From an uncultured SAR86 cluster bacterium (GTDB lineage Bacteria > Pseudomonadota > Gammaproteobacteria > Magnimaribacterales > D2472): a DNA stretch of 64,000 bases. Positions 8,991-18,184 of this stretch are shown piece by piece (within the stretch, counting starts at the first letter, position 1; every line of letters begins with the position of its first letter). A program made the translations under genes and the position numbers. The notes below the pieces were generated by a model. It did no database searches. It was not told the origin of the DNA and saw nothing but the letters and a program-made list of their open reading frames with translations. Location: contig CAXYEK010000004.1 in the NCBI GenBank assembly GCA_964276235.1, forward strand, positions 5,228 to 69,227, read 5' to 3'.

Positions 8991-10238
8991 TTAGTTATTT
9001 AATGTATTTATAAAACTATAGACTGCAGATGCGCAAGCTTCTGGATTTTCGATTACGTTAAAATGAGCAGCATTAGGTATTATGTTAAAAGCACTAAACC
9101 TTGCAGAATCTTTGAGTTGAATGCTTTTATATAGACCATGATTAGTTATATATTGATCTTGGATCGGTACTGACTCTTGATATTCAGAATCTGGATAAAT
9201 ATCTTCAATTTCATTTCTAAATAAATTATATTTTCCAAAATATGGTTGATCTGAAACAATCATTCCATTTGGTGCTCGTTTAAATTCATCTTCACCCTGA
9301 AACTGCATAATAGGTGTCTTTGTATCTTTAAATTTCTTTCTATTTTCAACTTCGTGCTTCATACCGCCTTGAACTAATGACTGTTGAAATTTCTTATAGT
9401 AACTTTTATAGGCAACTTGAGATGATAATTTTAAATGTGTATATCTATCAAATAGGTGAGTGCCCTTTTTAGCTTTTCTCCCTTTATTTACAAAATCTGG
9501 AGAAAGAAGCTGTATAGGTTTGTTTAAGATGATAACAGAAAATAAAAGAATTCTTAGTTGGTGGTATGAAGACATGACACTATGTGGAGGGCCTACAAGA
9601 ACCTTTGGTGCTAATTTTTTCCATTCAGGATCAGCATAATTCCAAACTTGAGAACCTCTTGAATAAGATAATGCTTTCTCTGGGTTGCTCATGCAAAGAT
9701 TTTCAAGAATTACAGCACCTCTATCGTGCCCAATTAAGTGAGCTGATTCTATGCTCATAGCATCCATCAATAATTTTATAATTTTAGATTGATTTAGATG
9801 ACTATATTTTTGATCCACTTTCATCTTAGAGAAGTCTATAATTTTTTTACTAGTTAAACTCTCACCATCAGATATCGCGAAGACATTTGCGAGTTCAATA
9901 TTAAAATGATCTTCGTAATATGGCATGTTAAATATTATTATTCTAAGTGAATCATCAATTTTATTTAAACAATCAGCCATCCAGGACATTGACTTTATAG
10001 GCTCTGTAGGTATCCCCCCTATTAATATAAGAGTTTTTTCTGAAACAGCATCCTCACTACCAATTTCCCATACAGAGTGTCTTTCACTATTTACAGTAAT
10101 ATAATATTTCTTAAAATTTGAAAACTCTATCAAAGGTTTATTAAGAAATTTTTCTCTAAAAAATATTCTCAAATTAAAATAAATATCTATAAATATAAAA
10201 ATAAAATGCGTTGATACCTTGAGTACAAGATCAAGCAT
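8991..10238 (-). CDS. Alpha/beta hydrolase with Asp nucleophile (epoxide hydrolase / haloacetate dehalogenase-like)
   Basis: Nucleophile elbow LIGHDRGA (Asp rather than Ser) and C-terminal His context NAAHFNVIENPE. 415 aa with a large cap insertion. Its ATG directly abuts the mmsA stop (10238/10239). Confidence 0.7.
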   Translation of the reverse strand: MLDLVLKVSTHFIFIFIDIYFNLRIFFREKFLNKPLIEFSNFKKYYITVNSERHSVWEIGSEDAVSEKTLILIGGIPTEPIKSMSWMADCLNKIDDSLRIIIFNMPYYEDHFNIELANVFAISDGESLTSKKIIDFSKMKVDQKYSHLNQSKIIKLLMDAMSIESAHLIGHDRGAVILENLCMSNPEKALSYSRGSQVWNYADPEWKKLAPKVLVGPPHSVMSSYHQLRILLFSVIILNKPIQLLSPDFVNKGRKAKKGTHLFDRYTHLKLSSQVAYKSYYKKFQQSLVQGGMKHEVENRKKFKDTKTPIMQFQGEDEFKRAPNGMIVSDQPYFGKYNLFRNEIEDIYPDSEYQESVPIQDQYITNHGLYKSIQLKDSARFSAFNIIPNAAHFNVIENPEACASAVYSFINTLNN

Positions 10239-11726
10239 TTAGTTATCGTTTTTTGGGAAACCTAAGTCTACTTTACTCTCAGCTGGATCAGGCCATCTTG
10301 TAGCAATTGATTTAGTTTTTGTATAAAACTCTATAGATGAGTTTCCGAACGCCTTAGTTTCTGAAAAACCACTATCTTTCCACCCACCAAAGCTATGCGA
10401 GTAAGTAGGAAGAGGAATTGGAAGATTAATACCAACTGACCCAGCTTGAACTTCATTAGCCCATTTTTGCGATACTCCACCATCACGAGTAAATAAAGCA
10501 GCTCCGTTTCCAAGCTTATGTCCATCAGTTATTTCCATTGCTTCTTCATAAGATTTAGCTCTAACAAAACATAAAACAGGTCCAAATATCTCGTTTTCAT
10601 ATACAGACATTCCAGGTTTAACGTGGTCAATCAAAGTAGCCCCAACAAAAGAACCCTCTTCTTCATCAGACAGCTTTCTTCCATCAACAACTAAAGATGC
10701 TCCATCAGGTTCAGCTGATTCAATGAATGAATATATGCGTTCTTTATTTTCCTTAGAAATAACAGGGCCTAATTGTGTATTTGGATCATCTGTTTTACCC
10801 ATTATAAGACTTGGCATTCTTTCTTTAATTTTATTTACTAACTCATCAGCAATGTCTCCAACAGCAACAACAACTGATACAGCCATACATCTTTGTCCAG
10901 CAGCTCCAAAACTTGCTGAGACAGCAGCATCTGCAGCCATATTAAGATCAGCATCTGGAAGAACAATCATATGATTCTTTCCTCCACCAAGAGCCTGAAC
11001 TTTAGTATTATTTTGAACTCCCAATATTTTTAAACTCTTAGCTACTGGTGTACTTCCTATAAATGCTAAACCAGCTACTTTTTCATGAGAGACTAATTGC
11101 TCAACAACATCCTTTCCTCCATTTAAAACACTATAACAACCATCTGGAAAACCAGATTCTTTAAATATGTCGGCATAAAGTCTTGATATCGATGGCACCT
11201 TTTCACTAGGTTTAGCAATAAAGGTGTTTCCAGTGACTATAGCCATAGAGGCATGAAGAATAGGTATTAATATTGGGAAATTAAATGGTCCACAGCCAGC
11301 AACAACTCCTATTGGATATCTAACATCCGTTATATCTATTCCACCTGCAACATTAGGACTCATAATAGACGGGTAGAAATGCTGAACGCCTGCAGTATGT
11401 GTAAGAGCCTGGATAGCTCTATCTAACTCAGCCTCTGCATCTGGTCTTGTTTTGCCTGCTTCGTTTACACAAATATCTATTATCTCTTCTGATCTATTGA
11501 TAACACCTTGTCTAAATTTCAATATCAATTCAGCTCTGTAACTTAAACCAGTTTTTGACCAAGTTTTAAAAGTTTTTGCTGCTGATTCAATTGCCTTATC
11601 AGCACTAACTTTAGTTGCATAAATGACTTCACCGATTTGAGTTCCATATGAAGGATTTATAATATTTATAGATTCGTTAGATTCTAAGCATTCTTTACCA
11701 TCTATATAGTTTGTTACTTTGTACAT
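10239..11726 (-). CDS. mmsA: CoA-acylating methylmalonate/malonate-semialdehyde dehydrogenase
   Basis: 495-aa ALDH fold with catalytic Cys context GQRCMAVS and the typical MMSDH length and motifs (FNFPILIP, GGKNHMIV). Confidence 0.85.
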   Translation of the reverse strand: MYKVTNYIDGKECLESNESINIINPSYGTQIGEVIYATKVSADKAIESAAKTFKTWSKTGLSYRAELILKFRQGVINRSEEIIDICVNEAGKTRPDAEAELDRAIQALTHTAGVQHFYPSIMSPNVAGGIDITDVRYPIGVVAGCGPFNFPILIPILHASMAIVTGNTFIAKPSEKVPSISRLYADIFKESGFPDGCYSVLNGGKDVVEQLVSHEKVAGLAFIGSTPVAKSLKILGVQNNTKVQALGGGKNHMIVLPDADLNMAADAAVSASFGAAGQRCMAVSVVVAVGDIADELVNKIKERMPSLIMGKTDDPNTQLGPVISKENKERIYSFIESAEPDGASLVVDGRKLSDEEEGSFVGATLIDHVKPGMSVYENEIFGPVLCFVRAKSYEEAMEITDGHKLGNGAALFTRDGGVSQKWANEVQAGSVGINLPIPLPTYSHSFGGWKDSGFSETKAFGNSSIEFYTKTKSIATRWPDPAESKVDLGFPKNDN

Positions 11727-11784
11727 ATTAATATCCTACCCTATTGAATTTATTTAAACTAAAATTAATTATATCCAATCTATA

Positions 11785-11800
11785 CTAGTCAGTTGACTAG
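11785..11800. promoter_or_regulatory. Candidate operator, palindrome CTAGTCA-GT-TGACTAG
   Basis: 7+7 inverted repeat in the 104-nt divergent gap, 31 nt upstream of the monooxygenase ATG and 59 nt from the mmsA ATG. The same arms recur at 18186-18201. Confidence 0.6.
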
Positions 11801-11830
11801 GAAAAAGCAACAAAGCGAGTACAATAAGTA

Positions 11831-13405
11831 ATGAATTATGATATAGCAATAATTGGTTATGGACCTGTAGGCGCAACTGCAGCAAATATGTTTGCTGCAA
11901 AGGGTTTTAGTGTAATCGTAGTTGAACCAAAAAAAGAGATTTGGGATATACCGAGGGCTGTTCATTTCGATGGACAAACACAAAGAATATTTCAATCTAT
12001 GGGTATCTTTGATCAAATCAAAAAAATAATTGACCCCATAACAGGTGTAAACTTTCTAAATAGAAAAGGTAAAAAACTTTTAGGCATTTCCTTTGAAAGT
12101 CATCCAAAAGTTAATGGATATTATGAAGGTGTTATGTTTAATCAACCTAAGTTTGAAAAAATTATTAGAGATAATGCTCTTAATTTTAATAATATAGATT
12201 TTAAAATAGGTGCATATGTCAGCAAACTAGAGTCTTTAAATAATACTAATAATTTTGAAATTATCGATTGTGAAACAAATGAGGCTTCTACTTTTACTTC
12301 TACCTATTTAATTGGCTCGGATGGAGCTGATAGTTTTATTAGAAAAAGTCTTAATGTTAATTTATATGATTATAAGTGCGATCAAGATTGGATTGTTGTC
12401 GATTATCTGGTCGATAAAAAATATAAAATACTTGATAAATCAAGGTATCAGATTTGTGATTACAAAAGACCAACAACCCTTTTGCCAATAACAGATAATC
12501 ATGTCCGATGGGAGTTCAAAATTAATCCAAAAGATGATGTAGATAAATTAGAAACAGAAGAAAGCATTCGCAGTTTTATGAGCCCTCATATGTGGAGATT
12601 AAATCCTGATATAGACCTAAATTCTGGTGAGCTTATAAGATCAAGTAAATATACCTTTCATGGCTTATTGGCTGATAACTTTAAAGTTAATAATTGTTTT
12701 TTAATAGGCGATGCTGCTCATCAAACTCCTCCCTTTCTTGGTCAAGGGCTATGCCAAGGTATAAAAGATGCTTATAACTTGTCTTGGAAATTAGCTGGTG
12801 TAAAAGAAGGTATTTACAATAAAAAAATTCTAAATTCTTTTGATACTGAAAGAAGAGAAGTTAATGAATTTATGATTAAAACTGCTATTAAACAAGGTGA
12901 CGTGATTGGAAGTCAAAATATATTAAAGGCATTTATTAGAGATATGTTTTTTGTTTTTGCTAAAAATTTTCCCAAAGCACTTACAGCCCTAAAATTTCAA
13001 TATAGCTGGAGATTTACAAACGGCATTCTTGATAATGATTTATATCCGAACAACGTAAATGGTGTGATATTTCCACAACCTGACATATCTATCGAATTTG
13101 AAAATAAAAAATTTGATCAGTACATTAAAGATTCATTTTCATTAATTATATTTAACAATGATAAAACTTTACTCGATGATCTTAATAAAATCGAAACTAT
13201 AAGCTTATATGATAATAATATTCACTTTTTTGATAACTCTCATCCCTTCATGAGTGACGGTAAGTTAATTGAATGGTCTAGTGCTAATGGCGTCTCAGCT
13301 GTTATTATCAGGCCTGATAAACATGTTTATGGTTGTTGTGATAACAATGATATTTTAGCAAAAATAACAAATTTAACGAATAAGCTTCATCAGGAATTAA
13401 TATGA
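11831..13405 (+). CDS. FAD-dependent aromatic ring hydroxylase (MhpA/PcpB-class flavoprotein monooxygenase)
   Basis: N-terminal dinucleotide fold DIAIIGYGPVGATAANMFAAKG, PRAVHFDGQTQRIF, and FAD/substrate motif GDAAHQTPPFLGQGLCQGIKDAYNLSWKL. 524 aa. Confidence 0.85.
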   Translation: MNYDIAIIGYGPVGATAANMFAAKGFSVIVVEPKKEIWDIPRAVHFDGQTQRIFQSMGIFDQIKKIIDPITGVNFLNRKGKKLLGISFESHPKVNGYYEGVMFNQPKFEKIIRDNALNFNNIDFKIGAYVSKLESLNNTNNFEIIDCETNEASTFTSTYLIGSDGADSFIRKSLNVNLYDYKCDQDWIVVDYLVDKKYKILDKSRYQICDYKRPTTLLPITDNHVRWEFKINPKDDVDKLETEESIRSFMSPHMWRLNPDIDLNSGELIRSSKYTFHGLLADNFKVNNCFLIGDAAHQTPPFLGQGLCQGIKDAYNLSWKLAGVKEGIYNKKILNSFDTERREVNEFMIKTAIKQGDVIGSQNILKAFIRDMFFVFAKNFPKALTALKFQYSWRFTNGILDNDLYPNNVNGVIFPQPDISIEFENKKFDQYIKDSFSLIIFNNDKTLLDDLNKIETISLYDNNIHFFDNSHPFMSDGKLIEWSSANGVSAVIIRPDKHVYGCCDNNDILAKITNLTNKLHQELI

Positions 13406-14001
13406 AAAAAACAACATCAAAAAATAAAGGTAGGAAAAGTGTAGAAAAAAGACTTATAGATTCTACTGAAGAGCTTGTAGCATCAATTAGTCCTAACCAA
13501 CTTACAATTCGAGATATTGCAGATCATGCTGGAGTTAATCATGGACAAATACATCACTATTTTGGTAACAAAGAAGGTCTATTAAAGGCAACGTATAGGC
13601 AGATGGCATTTGAGCATGGTGAGCAATTAGATAGAAGAGATATATCTGCAAATAATTTACCAGACATGGCACTTTCTGATATAACTAATGACTACTTTAG
13701 CGCTATCATCCGAGCAGTTTTGGATAATAAGATGGATGTCGTTGTTCAAGAAAATGATAATCTTCATGTCTCTAGAAAAATGGTTAATGAGATAACAGCT
13801 CTTAAAGGGTTAAAGAAGCCTAGTCCAGAAATTAAAGCAGCGATTGCTCTTACAATGTGCATAGAATTTGGCTTAACAGCAATGAAACCTTATATAGAAA
13901 AAGTATTAGATTTAAATGATGTGGAAATGGAAAAATTTATTCAGACCATTGTTGATGTTAGAACCACTGAATTTAAAAAGCTACTTGAAGATGTTAAATA
14001 A
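13402..14001 (+). CDS. TetR-family transcriptional regulator
   Basis: N-terminal HTH TIRDIADHAGVNHGQIHHYFGNKEGLL. 199 aa. ATGA overlap with the upstream monooxygenase. Confidence 0.85.
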   Translation: MKKTTSKNKGRKSVEKRLIDSTEELVASISPNQLTIRDIADHAGVNHGQIHHYFGNKEGLLKATYRQMAFEHGEQLDRRDISANNLPDMALSDITNDYFSAIIRAVLDNKMDVVVQENDNLHVSRKMVNEITALKGLKKPSPEIKAAIALTMCIEFGLTAMKPYIEKVLDLNDVEMEKFIQTIVDVRTTEFKKLLEDVK

Positions 14002-15547
14002 AAAAACAATTCTAATACCACTAATTTTGGCATCTTTTATAGAAGCTAGACCAAATGTCATTATTATTCTAACTGATGACCTTGGCTGGGGTGATGTTAG
14101 CTATCACGGTGGCTCTATACCTACTCCAAACATGGATAAACTCGCATCAAAGGGAATTGAGCTAAATAGATTCTATGCAAATCCAACATGTAGCCCTACT
14201 CGCGCTTCCTTATTGACTGGATTAAATGTTTTCAATCATGGTGTCATTAGACCTTTTATGAATCCAACTGCTGAGCAGATTGGGCTAAATGAAAATCTAA
14301 AAATAATGCCTGAATATTTTCAAGAAGCTGGATATCAAACAGCAATGTCAGGGAAATGGCATTTAGGAATGCATAAAAAGGAATTTAGACCAATCAATAG
14401 AGGCTTTGAAACCACATATGGTCATATGCTTGGTGGTCTTGGTTACTTTGACCATGTTTCCGCTGGAAGAGTTGACTGGCATAGAGATGGAATAGCTCTT
14501 GAAGAAGATGGTTATTCAACAGAATTAATAGCCAATGAGGCAGTTCGTATTATTGAAAATAAAGACCCAGAGCGCCCTCTTTTTTTATATGTTGCATTTA
14601 ATGCACCTCACACACCAATTCAAGCACCCATCAAGAACATTGAAAATTTTTTACATATTGAGAATTTATTAGATAGAACTTATGCAGCAAATGTTAATAA
14701 ATTAGATTTAGAAATTGGAAAAATAATTGACTCCATAGATAGTGCTGGATTATTAGAAGAAACAATAATAGTTTTTTTTAGTGATAACGGACCTGTTTTT
14801 GATATTCCTGCTATTGGTCAAGTTATTGCTCCAGGATTAATGGAAGCCAGAGGAAGTCCAGGTAAATTAACTGGAAGTAAAATGTATGCTTCAGAAGGTG
14901 GAATCCGAGTTCCTGCTAGTATTTGGTGGAAAGGCGTAATAGAAAATTCAAAGACTGATCAATTTTTCTTTGTCCAAGACCTATTGCCAACACTTCTATC
15001 TGCAACTGGAATTGGCATAGATAAGAATATAGAATTTGATGGCAATAATAAATGGGACAATCTACTAAATGGAAATCTTGAATTACCTGTAAATGATCTG
15101 GTTGCTAATAGAGTAATAAATGATGAAAGAGCATTATTTAATAACGAATGGAAGCTTTACTATAGCAATCCTGTAATGATAAGTGGAGGAGCTAAATACA
15201 GTCTATTCAATGTTATGAATGATCCGTATGAACAAAATGATCTATCCTCTTCTAATGCTGAAATCTTCGAGCAAATGAAAATAACCATGATGAGCATGGA
15301 AGAAAATAACGTTCAACCAGATATTAACCCAGTTAAACAATATCTCCATGGAGATACCGAGGGTGGTAAAATTGTTGGAAGCCCCTGGCTTGAAGGTGAC
15401 TATAAAACAGAAGGCACCCCATCAGGATTTGTAAGCTTTTTTGTTATGTCGTGGATAATATTTTTAGCCTTCAAATTACAGATAATTGGATTTATATTTA
15501 TACTTATACTCAGCAGAATTTTATACAAAAAATTTATAAAATCTTAA
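13991..15547 (+). CDS. Formylglycine-dependent sulfatase (arylsulfatase family), exported, with C-terminal membrane tail
   Basis: The CSPTRASLLTG (C-x-P-x-R) motif follows LTDDLGWGDV, and FSDNGP is also present. The ATG at 13991 gives signal peptide MLNKKTILIPLILASFIEA; the track start at 13916 runs inside tetR. The last ~40 aa are hydrophobic. Confidence 0.88.
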   Translation: MLNKKTILIPLILASFIEARPNVIIILTDDLGWGDVSYHGGSIPTPNMDKLASKGIELNRFYANPTCSPTRASLLTGLNVFNHGVIRPFMNPTAEQIGLNENLKIMPEYFQEAGYQTAMSGKWHLGMHKKEFRPINRGFETTYGHMLGGLGYFDHVSAGRVDWHRDGIALEEDGYSTELIANEAVRIIENKDPERPLFLYVAFNAPHTPIQAPIKNIENFLHIENLLDRTYAANVNKLDLEIGKIIDSIDSAGLLEETIIVFFSDNGPVFDIPAIGQVIAPGLMEARGSPGKLTGSKMYASEGGIRVPASIWWKGVIENSKTDQFFFVQDLLPTLLSATGIGIDKNIEFDGNNKWDNLLNGNLELPVNDLVANRVINDERALFNNEWKLYYSNPVMISGGAKYSLFNVMNDPYEQNDLSSSNAEIFEQMKITMMSMEENNVQPDINPVKQYLHGDTEGGKIVGSPWLEGDYKTEGTPSGFVSFFVMSWIIFLAFKLQIIGFIFILILSRILYKKFIKS

Positions 15548-16206
15548 ATAATCTCACAAACTTCATCAAAATTTAGTCTAGGTAATCTCATAAATATTTT
15601 TGATGGATCTCCGTAACCTATACAACATAAAAAATTGGATTTTATATTGGTATCTTTGAAAAATATTTGATCAACCAGATCATTATTAAAACCAGACATA
15701 GGCCCACAATCTAAACCTAGAGCTCTTGATACCATCATAAAGTAGGCTCCCTGAAGACTACTATTCCTAAATGCTGTTGCTTGATTAAATTCAGCATTCC
15801 CTTTGTACATAGGTGCAATATCCATATGAGGGAATAATTTACTCATATTATCTGAGAAATCAAGATCATAGCCTATGACTGCTACTACCGGAGCACTCAT
15901 TACCTTGTCAATGTTATTAGGCAACAATGCTTCTTTTAATAACTGCTTTTGCTCTTCACTCTTTATAAATTTAAATCTAGCAGGACAGCAATTTGTACTT
16001 GTTGGGCCCATCTTAGTGAGTTCATAGATTGATTTAATAATATCATCACTAACATCTTTATCTTGCCAACCATTCATACTTCTTGCTTCACCAAACAATA
16101 AATCTATCTGATCTTTGTTTAAGTTATCTGCATTTTCTTTTAAATTGCTAAATCTAGTTTGAGCAGCAGCAACTGCTTTTTTTTGATCATCTGTGAGCTC
16201 TATCAT
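15544..16206 (-). CDS. Nitroreductase-family oxidoreductase, HadB/RutE subfamily-like
   Basis: GPTSTNCCPARF, AFRNSSLQGAYFMMVSRALGLDCGPMSGF and C-terminal RLPRLNFDEV closely parallel E. coli RutE as I recall it. 220 aa. Confidence 0.75.
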   Translation of the reverse strand: MIELTDDQKKAVAAAQTRFSNLKENADNLNKDQIDLLFGEARSMNGWQDKDVSDDIIKSIYELTKMGPTSTNCCPARFKFIKSEEQKQLLKEALLPNNIDKVMSAPVVAVIGYDLDFSDNMSKLFPHMDIAPMYKGNAEFNQATAFRNSSLQGAYFMMVSRALGLDCGPMSGFNNDLVDQIFFKDTNIKSNFLCCIGYGDPSKIFMRLPRLNFDEVCEII

Positions 16207-17306
16207 GATTGACCCTCAGCTTCTGCTTTAGCAGCTTTTTCCATTTCTTTAATCATTCCTGGAATCGTTGGATTTGATGCACGCGCATTATCAATCTGAT
16301 CAACTGGCATAGTTATTCCAAATGTATTTGGAACCTCCGGTCCGTATTGAGCCATTGCCAAGTCTCTAAAGCCTGAATTTTCAGTTGGAACAGATGCATC
16401 TATTAAATCACCGTCAGTCCAATGTTCATGCGTAAATCCATGAGGATCTCTCCAATAGTCATACATTTGGCTGCCTAATAAATGTCTGCCAATACCCCAT
16501 TCATGATAATACTCATCAACAGTTTTCATATGATAATGACCAGCCATCAAGTCATCTACTGAATCTTGAACTTCATATCCAGCATGTCCAAATGCTACAG
16601 CACTAGCTTCACCAGGAAGACCCATATTGTTCATAGTATGATGGTCAACTGGCTTATCTCCTTGATCGCATCTCATGAAAGCACCCATTGAAACTCCATC
16701 AGGTCCAATACAATTATTACTTATTAGAAAACCTAATGTATTTGAATACCAATCAACTGAAGCTTGAGGATCTTTACAATTAATAGCAGTATGACCTAGT
16801 CGCTTAACTTTTGAAGTTAATTCATATACCCACTTATCACCATGAACTTGCCATTCATCTGCAGCTTTTCCAAAACGTTGTAATTCATTCTCTCTTTGTT
16901 TTGACCCACCTGTATTTAAAACTTTTGAAACAACAGCAACAGGTTCAGCTTCAATCATACCGTGACATACCTCAACTTCTACACCGTCTGGATCAATAAC
17001 AGTTACCTTATGACCTCCAGCAAGTTCAGTATTTTCAACAATATCAACATTGAATTCTTTAGACAAGGCTTCTAAATCACTATAATCATTAGCTTTATAA
17101 GCAGATCCTATATATTTATTTTCTTCGCCTTTTGTTGCGACATAAATATAAGGTGATGCTCCAGTGCCTCTAAAAAAGATACTATTTTCATCCTCATGCG
17201 CAAGCATCATCCCGAAATGATTGAGGTATTTTTTTTGAGCTTCAAATTCTGTAAGTTCAAACCTTACATAAATAATATCAGCTACTTTGCATATTGGATT
17301 ATTCAT
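16203..17306 (-). CDS. Two-domain VOC-fold type I extradiol ring-cleavage dioxygenase
   Basis: Metal-ligand contexts LGHTAI, FGHAGYEV and GIGRHLLGSQMYDYWRDPHGFTHEHW fit the GRH..Y..DP.G...E extradiol signature. 367 aa. Confidence 0.75.
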   Translation of the reverse strand: MNNPICKVADIIYVRFELTEFEAQKKYLNHFGMMLAHEDENSIFFRGTGASPYIYVATKGEENKYIGSAYKANDYSDLEALSKEFNVDIVENTELAGGHKVTVIDPDGVEVEVCHGMIEAEPVAVVSKVLNTGGSKQRENELQRFGKAADEWQVHGDKWVYELTSKVKRLGHTAINCKDPQASVDWYSNTLGFLISNNCIGPDGVSMGAFMRCDQGDKPVDHHTMNNMGLPGEASAVAFGHAGYEVQDSVDDLMAGHYHMKTVDEYYHEWGIGRHLLGSQMYDYWRDPHGFTHEHWTDGDLIDASVPTENSGFRDLAMAQYGPEVPNTFGITMPVDQIDNARASNPTIPGMIKEMEKAAKAEAEGQS

Positions 17307-18171
17307 TATTATCTCCTATTAATAATTTATTAATTTCTGACCAAACAAGGTGATCATAAGTATTAGGTCCATCCCCATAAAGTGATTGAATTTCTGGTGC
17401 CCATTCACCAGTAACGTAATCAAGTATACCTTCCTTATAACTATCCCTAGTTGAAATAGTTTCCCAGTAGGATTTAAGATTAGGCAATTTACTACTTTCT
17501 AAAACACTATTAAAACGCATTTCATAAACCCTATGAAGAATAGATGTCATACAACAATCAATAGCTGTATATTCATCTCCCATCATGAATTGTTTATTGT
17601 GATTTAAGACTCCTTCTATATATACAAGGTGTTTTGCAAGCATTATAGACATTTTTTTACACAAACTTACAGGAGGTTTTCCTAAAATTCGTAGCATTAT
17701 AAATATTGGAACTCTCTTCCTTATAGAATGTTTTGTTACATAATCCCATACAACACTAGTTAGTGGTCTTTTGCATAACATTTTAACTAAAAGCTGCGCA
17801 GATATGCCGCCCGCTGTAGTACCTAGAGTTTCACCAAGCTCTTTAGTTTCATCTAAAGTCACAAAATCTAACAAGCTTTCAAACATTTCATTATTTGGAT
17901 GATCAGGAAATAATAGCTGCCCTTGTTGAGGATATTTTTTATCAATATATCTCATTATTTGGATGCTATCAGGTATTGGACTTCCATGATCAACTAATGT
18001 CGGAACAAGATTCTTAGGATTTAGTTTTTTGTATTCTTTACTTAAATGGTCTCCTTTGGATTCAAGATAAAGAAGATTATATTTATATGAAATATTTTTT
18101 TCAGACAAGGCAACCCTTGCCATATTTGAAGCAACCGATTCACCGTAACCATATAATTCAAGATTATTCAT
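17299..18171 (-). CDS. Glutathione S-transferase family protein, long (290 aa)
   Basis: Thioredoxin-like N-domain LELYGYGESVASNMARVAL...KLNPKNLVPTLV plus a helical C-domain. 8-nt overlap with the downstream dioxygenase. Confidence 0.75.
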   Translation of the reverse strand: MNNLELYGYGESVASNMARVALSEKNISYKYNLLYLESKGDHLSKEYKKLNPKNLVPTLVDHGSPIPDSIQIMRYIDKKYPQQGQLLFPDHPNNEMFESLLDFVTLDETKELGETLGTTAGGISAQLLVKMLCKRPLTSVVWDYVTKHSIRKRVPIFIMLRILGKPPVSLCKKMSIMLAKHLVYIEGVLNHNKQFMMGDEYTAIDCCMTSILHRVYEMRFNSVLESSKLPNLKSYWETISTRDSYKEGILDYVTGEWAPEIQSLYGDGPNTYDHLVWSEINKLLIGDNNE

Positions 18172-18184
18172 ACTCTTGCTTTAT

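Noticed and set aside
13916-13990. N-terminal 25-codon extension of the sulfatase ORF given in the track
   Set aside because: The extension lies inside tetR coding sequence. The internal ATG at 13991 yields a proper signal peptide immediately before the sulfatase core.
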